From: a virus | Lineage: Duplodnaviria; Caudoviricetes | IMG/VR virus record: IMGVR_UViG_3300030330_000213 | Coordinates: 1 to 30,147 of that record | Strand: one strand, 5' to 3' | Length of the DNA stretch: 30,147 bases | Part shown: one piece after another, positions 24,125-30,147 of the stretch | Layout: each line of letters opens with the position of its first letter | Numbering within the stretch: the first letter of the stretch is position 1 | The notes under the pieces: generated by a model | The model's input: only the letters and a program-made list of their open reading frames with translations | Told to the model about the DNA's origin: nothing | The model's database searches: none | Program-made: the position numbers and the translations under genes

Positions 24125-24435
24125 TTCTTAGCACTCATGTATGCGGTCATTCCCATGTACGCTCCAACCACACCTGCCTGTCCAATGTAGAAAAGCCCAA
24201 ACAGGTCGGAAAGTGCTTTGATCCTTGCATCGGGAAAGATAGGCAGAAACACCAGCGCAGTGAAGACTATCATGGATACCATAGCTACCCAAGCCATCTT
24301 CTTCTGCGCTTCCATCTTTTCTTTTTGTTCTAGAGCTTCCATCACAGCTAGCTCGTTATCACTCACCACGCCATCATTGTCTAGGTCCAGAGCGTTGTAC
24401 TCGCTGTCTGGCTGCAGCTTCTTTTGTTCTCCCAT
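24121..24435 (-). CDS. Two-TM holin-like protein with an N-terminal EF-hand-type loop
   Basis: DLDNDGVVSDNE followed by two hydrophobic helices; directly upstream of the spanins. Confidence 0.62.
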   Translation of the reverse strand: MGEQKKLQPDSEYNALDLDNDGVVSDNELAVMEALEQKEKMEAQKKMAWVAMVSMIVFTALVFLPIFPDARIKALSDLFGLFYIGQAGVVGAYMGMTAYMSAKK

Positions 24436-24619
24436 GTGACACCTCTACCGTTTCAATTACGGCCTCTATGTTGTCATGCCAGTGGTTAAGAAATCTATGT
24501 ACTCTTGGATACTCAGGTACGACATCGTTTAGCTGCCACATAAACTCTTGCAGTATACTGTTGTAGTCTGGCATCCAGTAGTACACTCTTAAAACCACTG
24601 GCTGTATTTTTATGATCAT
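24374..24619 (-). CDS. usg: Usg-like family protein
   Basis: YWMPDYNSILQEFMWQ..D..PEYP..RFLNHW...IE..I..V.VSH matches the alphaproteobacterial Usg pattern. Confidence 0.75.
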   Translation of the reverse strand: MIIKIQPVVLRVYYWMPDYNSILQEFMWQLNDVVPEYPRVHRFLNHWHDNIEAVIETVEVSHGRTKEAAARQRVQRSGPRQ

Positions 24620-24789
24620 TTAAGAATCTGATTTTTAGCCTTTAGAATGTTCATTCCCAGACCATTGATAGTGCTAAGAATGGCCTGTACTTTTTTATTG
24701 TCAGATTCGTTGGGCGTGATAGCTGCGAGAATGGAGAAGCCTCCAAACACCGCAAGGGCCAGCACGATGATAGTAATAACTAGTTCCAT
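24616..24789 (-). CDS. Small membrane protein, 57 aa, holin-like
   Basis: Manual translation MELVITIIVLALAVFGGFSILAAITPNESDNKKVQAILSTINGLGMNILKAKNQILK; AGGAG SD; ATGA overlap with the usg-like gene. Confidence 0.7.
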   Translation of the reverse strand: MELVITIIVLALAVFGGFSILAAITPNESDNKKVQAILSTINGLGMNILKAKNQILK

Positions 24790-24791
24790 GT

Positions 24792-27700
24792 TTATCTCCT
24801 AAATCTATCAAGTTCTAGTTGTTTAATTTGTTCACTTGTCTTTTCTTTTTTTTGCATATTTTCGTGGTAGCCAATCGCGTTCAGCACCACCGTAAATACA
24901 TCCTTACTATACTTTCTAGCCTCTCCCCCTTCAGTTTCAATAATATCAATCACAGCATCTACCATCTTTGGGTCGCTAAGAATGCGAGACATTGCTTGCG
25001 CCTTCTTCTTCCGCAGACTAAGCAGAGCAACCTCTGTAGCCACATACTTAGGACTAATCACTCCGCGAGATACACTGTACGCACGAGACAACAAGGACTC
25101 TACAGACAAGCCTCGTGGAGTCTGTATCTGTATGCCAGATTCTCTAAGCTTTGCTGTAAGATCACGATTAAAGATAGACATGGCATCAGCCATACGATCA
25201 ATACTTTTGAAAGTATCAGCACCAACAATATTTTTTATGTTGTTTGACACGCTGGGGTCTTTTACAAAGTTTAGGAAAGCTTGATGATCAAAGTCACGGG
25301 CGTACTGTCCCGGCCTAACCTCTCTCATGTCTCCATACGTAGCCCTTGCTAACGACTCAACCGTAAGATCAGAGAATAGCTTTCTAGCCTCTGCTTCACT
25401 CTTGTCCATACTCTTAGCTATCTGAGGCAACAGGGCATCGAACCTTTGCTGGCCCTGCGGGTCAGTGATAAAGAACTGCAAGAACCTGTCGTAGTTTCGC
25501 ACGTCCCGCGCACCTTCTTGTGTGGGGGTGTTTCTCAAAACCTCTTTCAAGAAGTTCTCACGCAGATTAAAGTCATTCCTGACCGAAGTGGCCGCACGTT
25601 TAGCCGCAGCCTCTACATTTTTTTGTGACCTTTTAAAGAGTTCAGTGCCACCTAAAAAGTTATCGACAGCATAGTTGTATTGCACCACACGATCTAAATC
25701 TATTAGACCTTGTTTTTGAAGCGTTTGTAGAGCTTGGCTAGCTATTTTTTTGCCCTCAAAACCTTTAGCTTTTTCTAAAGCTCTACCTTGTGCTATTTTA
25801 GGAAGGTCTTCAAGAGGAGCTTCACCAGCTATGTCTTTAGTAGTTTCTCTAAGAAGCTGCACAGGTTTAAGATCGTTTATGTGTCGAGCGAGAAGATCAT
25901 TCATTATATTTTTTACAATCTTTTTAGCTTTATCGCTGAGAACATATTCTCCTGTATCTGAATAGTATCCACCAAAAGTTTTATTTAATTGATCCATTAC
26001 ATCATCAGCTAATTGACTATCCCCATTTACAATTCTTTTCATGTCAAGCCATTTAACTGGATTTTTTGCAGTCATAGGATTATCAACTTCAAACCCAAGA
26101 GGATTGCCCTGCTTGTCCCTAAAGCGTTTTACTACATTATTTAGCCAGTATTGTTTTGCCTCTTTTAGTTGAGTTGCTAACTCAGGAAAGCCGCTTTCAT
26201 CTACAGTTTCGACTATACTTTCAGCTAAGTCAGAGTAACGCTCAGAATTTCCACGTTTCTGTGCGTAATCGCCTCTAGACGCTTTTGAGAAAGCAGAAGA
26301 CAGTTTTTGAATGTCAGTCATGCCCACTTTAATTGCAAGTTCTGGTAAATCCTCCTCTTCAGCAATTTCACGCATTATCATAAATACATCAAAATCAGAT
26401 AGGTCTTCTCTTGTGCCAGCAAATTCTGTTTGAAAGAACCCTTTAACCCTAAGATAATCTATTTCATCTACGTCAGCATCTATGTACCCTGTTTCAAGCA
26501 TCGCCTCCCGTATAACTTCTTTTAGTCTAGGGGAGTCCTCTAACGATTTTTGTGCAGTAGTTTTTCCTACTGAGTTTGAAAAACCTTCAAGAGTTCCAAC
26601 GTTTGCTAAACGTCTTCCTCCAAGCTTTTGTAAATATTTTGATTTGCCTGTGTACGGAATAACATCAACATACGTTTCATCACCATATAAATTACGCAGC
26701 CAATTTGTAATATCAACTTCTACACCTGCATTATCTAAATCTGAAAAACGTCTGCCAGCCTTTGCGAGTATGTCCGCTCTTCTAACTCCAGCATAAGCAG
26801 CTAAAGAATCACCTGCAGCTTTAGCGTTAATCTGGTATTGATCTGGATCAAGAAAATCATTTAAAAACCTTACAATGTCCGTTTCTCTTTCCTCTACAGT
26901 TCTTTCAGCTTGTTCTAAAACATCTACACCCCGTTGACCAAGAGTAGGCACACCCTCTTGTCTCAAACCAGCAAGACCGGGATCAGCACCGTACACATCT
27001 TCATCTAGATATTTTGATGTCATAATCTGTTCTATAATACCGTTCAGAGCATCTTTATCTTCAACATTTTGAGTGATAGCCGGATTAGATATTCTGTCCA
27101 ATAGTTCATCAACAAAGCCATCCACTTGAAGCTTGTCACGGCTGATCGCGCTGGTTTGTTCTGCAGCCGCATTACGCATCACAGCCACAAAAGCATTGAA
27201 CTTATCATTCTGCACACCAGCCTGACGTGCTGCTCCTGCTAGGTTATCTAGCAAACCACGGAACTCACTTAGCTGCTGATTAATCTGATCTTCATTTTTG
27301 AGAAGAACCTCTAGCTCTTTATCAATCTTGCCTATGCCTTTTGACAGGTCAAGCTTGTACGTAGAGATGGTGTTCTTCATCATCATCAGAGGTATTAGAC
27401 CTGTAGCTTTACCCATTGTAGTTTCAAGAACTTCAGGGTCTACACCCGCATCTACCAGATCATTCCTGACTTCTCCAAAAAACTTTAGCTGCCTGTAAAC
27501 ATTCTCTCTAGCCTCTACTGGCAGAGAGCGGATAAAGAAACCAAAGTCTTTGAGGGCTTGCTGATCTTTCTTGGGCAGGTCGCTGAGTCCTGTGATGAAC
27601 CCTTTCTGAGCAAGCTCACGAACTTGATCATCACTCAAGGCACCGATACTGCTACCAAGCCCAGCTATGAGTGATCCTGCACCCCTAGCCGTGCCAGAGG

Positions 27701-28958
27701 CTACATCATACAACTTGCTGAAGCCAACCACAGAGAAGATGCCGCCACCGAGTGCGCCAAACAATGCTCCATACTCTTCACCAAAAACATTACCTGCAAT
27801 GATAGAGCCAGTTATTGCTCCTGCCTCTGTAATCGGTATCTCAATAAGCTCTTTTGGTATAGTATTTACACGCTCAGATCGGGCTAGTCGTAGTGCAGCC
27901 TCTTCTCTGGCTAACAGGTCTTTGTCGCCTTTGGTTCTAGCGGTGCGGACTTTTTTTCTCGCAGCTTCAATTTTTCTATTAGCCTCAACAAAACGAGTAG
28001 GCATTTGTTTGAGACGCACGTTAGCTGCTACACGTCTGCCGTACAGTGTTTTGCGTATACCGCCTAGCTTCAGCGCGTTGGCTATGGGGAATACAGCATC
28101 ATCCATCATCTTGAGAGTAACCTCTCTGATCTCGTCTTCAGATGCTTTTAGCACAGACTTTCCTAGCTTATCCTCAAACTCTTTGATTAGCTTTTTACTG
28201 TTCCTTGAGAAGAACTTTACACCGGCTGCAGTGACGCCTACAAACTCAGGAATAGCACGAATTACCTGTTCTGTAACAGTAGCCTCTGGACGCCAATACC
28301 CTGTAATCTCATCTGCCTCTCGCTCACTAATAGTGCCGACCTGATCAGCGAGACGATCAACAACGCCTTTTACAAACTCCCCTTCGTTTTTTAGCTCAGG
28401 AGAATCTTTAAATACTTCGTAAGTTGTAGCAAGCGCAGCACCAGCCATGCTTCTGCCTTCTTTTTCACGAAGCCTGTCGTAATAGTCCTCATACTTTTTT
28501 GAGTCGTACAGAGTCTGTTTTTTAGTGAGAAGAGATTCTCCAAGAATGTCCGTCTGTTTATTAACGTCCGTTACTCTATCTATACCCACCCGTATAGTAT
28601 TGGCTACACCTAAGATGTTATCTACAAAAAATTTACCGATTGAGAAACCAGTACGAGCTAATCCTAGAGTATCTTCCTCACCCGGAAGTCTTTCAATAGC
28701 ACGTTCAATATCTGTAGCTCTACGGGTTAGCTGATCAACGCTGGTTAAGGCAGGAGGGGCAGCCACCTCAGTTCTTTGATCTCTGGCAGCACGAATTAGA
28801 CCTGCAGCTATATCGCGCACATCCCCTTCATCATCGCTAGTGGTTCTAGCAATTACACGATCAAGGGTATCTTCTTCTTCCTGTAGCTCTAAAGGTCTAA
28901 CTGGAGACTCAATAGGCTTCTGCTTCTCATCATCGTCTTCAATAGATATAAATGCCAT
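24792..28958 (-). CDS. Large probable internal virion (DNA ejection) protein
   Basis: 1388 aa, mostly helical composition with a Gly/Ala-rich hydrophobic segment; last large gene of the structural operon. Function inferred from size and position. Confidence 0.6.
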   Translation of the reverse strand: MAFISIEDDDEKQKPIESPVRPLELQEEEDTLDRVIARTTSDDEGDVRDIAAGLIRAARDQRTEVAAPPALTSVDQLTRRATDIERAIERLPGEEDTLGLARTGFSIGKFFVDNILGVANTIRVGIDRVTDVNKQTDILGESLLTKKQTLYDSKKYEDYYDRLREKEGRSMAGAALATTYEVFKDSPELKNEGEFVKGVVDRLADQVGTISEREADEITGYWRPEATVTEQVIRAIPEFVGVTAAGVKFFSRNSKKLIKEFEDKLGKSVLKASEDEIREVTLKMMDDAVFPIANALKLGGIRKTLYGRRVAANVRLKQMPTRFVEANRKIEAARKKVRTARTKGDKDLLAREEAALRLARSERVNTIPKELIEIPITEAGAITGSIIAGNVFGEEYGALFGALGGGIFSVVGFSKLYDVASGTARGAGSLIAGLGSSIGALSDDQVRELAQKGFITGLSDLPKKDQQALKDFGFFIRSLPVEARENVYRQLKFFGEVRNDLVDAGVDPEVLETTMGKATGLIPLMMMKNTISTYKLDLSKGIGKIDKELEVLLKNEDQINQQLSEFRGLLDNLAGAARQAGVQNDKFNAFVAVMRNAAAEQTSAISRDKLQVDGFVDELLDRISNPAITQNVEDKDALNGIIEQIMTSKYLDEDVYGADPGLAGLRQEGVPTLGQRGVDVLEQAERTVEERETDIVRFLNDFLDPDQYQINAKAAGDSLAAYAGVRRADILAKAGRRFSDLDNAGVEVDITNWLRNLYGDETYVDVIPYTGKSKYLQKLGGRRLANVGTLEGFSNSVGKTTAQKSLEDSPRLKEVIREAMLETGYIDADVDEIDYLRVKGFFQTEFAGTREDLSDFDVFMIMREIAEEEDLPELAIKVGMTDIQKLSSAFSKASRGDYAQKRGNSERYSDLAESIVETVDESGFPELATQLKEAKQYWLNNVVKRFRDKQGNPLGFEVDNPMTAKNPVKWLDMKRIVNGDSQLADDVMDQLNKTFGGYYSDTGEYVLSDKAKKIVKNIMNDLLARHINDLKPVQLLRETTKDIAGEAPLEDLPKIAQGRALEKAKGFEGKKIASQALQTLQKQGLIDLDRVVQYNYAVDNFLGGTELFKRSQKNVEAAAKRAATSVRNDFNLRENFLKEVLRNTPTQEGARDVRNYDRFLQFFITDPQGQQRFDALLPQIAKSMDKSEAEARKLFSDLTVESLARATYGDMREVRPGQYARDFDHQAFLNFVKDPSVSNNIKNIVGADTFKSIDRMADAMSIFNRDLTAKLRESGIQIQTPRGLSVESLLSRAYSVSRGVISPKYVATEVALLSLRKKKAQAMSRILSDPKMVDAVIDIIETEGGEARKYSKDVFTVVLNAIGYHENMQKKEKTSEQIKQLELDRFRR

Positions 28959-28964
28959 ATGATG

Positions 28965-30146
28965 TTACTTTCCTGATGCCATTATATTAAATAAGTTTCC
29001 AATAGCTTTAGCTTGTTCCTCTGGCGGAAGATTATTTATTACTCCAACTAGTTCAGCGGGCGAAGCTCCAAACCCAGCTAGCTCTTTAAGGTTTCTCATT
29101 GCTGGAGACTCAGGAGGTTCTGCTGGTGCTGCAGTGGGCGTTGCGGCTTGAACCCTAGCAGGGACAACTCCCATAGCTGTGCCGGGATCAGGAGTTCTTA
29201 CAGGCTGTCCCGTATCAAAGCCAGCCTTTCCACCTTCCATAGTCCAGTTTATAGAAACTTCTTTACCTTGAGCAGCATCAAAGGCTGTCCTACCGCCTCT
29301 CTCAATAATCTTTTCTTTAACGCGATTAAGTTCCTCTGAATTTTTATTAGTTCTAAACCTAGCAACAGCATTTTTCCAAAGAGCAAAATCATCTGAGTTT
29401 ACAACAAGGTTGCCTACAAGCTGCCCTTGTCCATCTTTTCTGATAACATTGTTAATACCTGCTGCGTATGTCATCTGATTATAATTATCTCCAGCAATCG
29501 GTATGACTTTTTTGTATATGTCCTGTGCGTTTGAAAGGTCTTCTTGCTCTCCTGCAGCCTTTGCAGCCTCAGTGATTAGGTTATTTTGATCTACGCCTAA
29601 GTTAAGAAGTCTAGACGCCCTTTTCACAGAACGATACATGTCAGCGTTTACGCCTGTATTATCTAATATAGAGTAAACTCTTTGTTTATTTATAGAGCTT
29701 GTTACAAGCTTTTGAACAAAAGCCAGCTTTTTCTTTCTGCTGTTTACGGTGCCAAACCTTGACGAGAACATTTTTAAAGCTCTAGTGATATCTGTATCAG
29801 AAATAGTTCTTCCGCCCGTGCCTCCTTGTAGGATGCCAGTTATCTGATAGGCTAAGACAAGCTCTAACATGTCAAGCTGTGCAGCAGCGAGTGCGCGTCT
29901 GCTACCGATACTATTTTGTTTTTTGTTCGCTTCTTCTGCTTTCTTTAGAAGTTCACTTGCCTTTCCTAGTCGGCCTATCGCAGATTTAGTTATAGCATCT
30001 TGAATGGTGCCATCCGCCCCCCGAATTTTACCAGCCCCGTAACCCCGGTCAGTTTGGGTAAGAGTTTGCGTTATTTGACCGACCGACCTAGCGAAAGCAC
30101 CTGCCTCAAAGGGGGCGCGAGTCAATAGCTGCTCAACTTGACCGCC
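28965..30146 (-). CDS. Probable internal virion protein (5' end beyond the window)
   Basis: The frame stays open to the window edge; GGRTISDTD segment and Pro/Ala-rich linker; adjacent to the large virion gene. Confidence 0.55.
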   Translation of the reverse strand, partial: GGQVEQLLTRAPFEAGAFARSVGQITQTLTQTDRGYGAGKIRGADGTIQDAITKSAIGRLGKASELLKKAEEANKKQNSIGSRRALAAAQLDMLELVLAYQITGILQGGTGGRTISDTDITRALKMFSSRFGTVNSRKKKLAFVQKLVTSSINKQRVYSILDNTGVNADMYRSVKRASRLLNLGVDQNNLITEAAKAAGEQEDLSNAQDIYKKVIPIAGDNYNQMTYAAGINNVIRKDGQGQLVGNLVVNSDDFALWKNAVARFRTNKNSEELNRVKEKIIERGGRTAFDAAQGKEVSINWTMEGGKAGFDTGQPVRTPDPGTAMGVVPARVQAATPTAAPAEPPESPAMRNLKELAGFGASPAELVGVINNLPPEEQAKAIGNLFNIMASGK

Positions 30147-30147
30147 T

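Noticed and set aside
29220-29300. MEGGKA and ERGGRT in the partial virion protein as further AKGG tags
   Set aside because: Spacing and flanks do not match the [YFM]xxGG pattern; compatible with chance.
24819-29339. Plus-strand ORFs inside the large virion genes (e.g. 27667..28344)
   Set aside because: Antisense shadows of long minus-strand genes.
1-30147. tRNA, rRNA, IS elements, introns
   Set aside because: No cloverleaf or T-loop pattern, transposase or intron-interrupted gene was recognised by eye; tRNAscan-SE and Infernal would be needed to exclude them formally.

Overview
About 30 kb of a tailed dsDNA bacteriophage genome, most like the marine HMO-2011-type podoviruses: a family A DNA polymerase carrying two DnaJ-type CxxCxGxG motifs, primase, helicase, SSB, exonuclease, T7-type endonuclease I and a class II RNR, with no RNA polymerase in view. 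GcrA-like and Usg-like genes point to an alphaproteobacterial host. Layout: (i) 1-4724, minus strand: start of the packaging/late operon (truncated TerL, TerS, and small basic proteins sharing an AKGG peptide motif); (ii) 4725-5440: non-coding, with back-to-back promoters and many repeats (possible terminus or origin); (iii) 5488-12194, minus strand: early/accessory genes; (iv) 12332-23405, plus strand: replication and nucleotide metabolism; (v) 23395-30147, minus strand: lysis genes and large probable internal virion proteins. The most notable unexplained signals are a YAKGGGVRK/MAKGG peptide tag shared by four otherwise dissimilar proteins beside the terminase genes, a split DNA polymerase, two orphan PP-loop enzymes, a metallothionein-like peptide, an EF-hand membrane protein in the lysis cassette and a candidate two-hairpin small RNA. 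All family calls come from motif recognition by eye; no database search was run.
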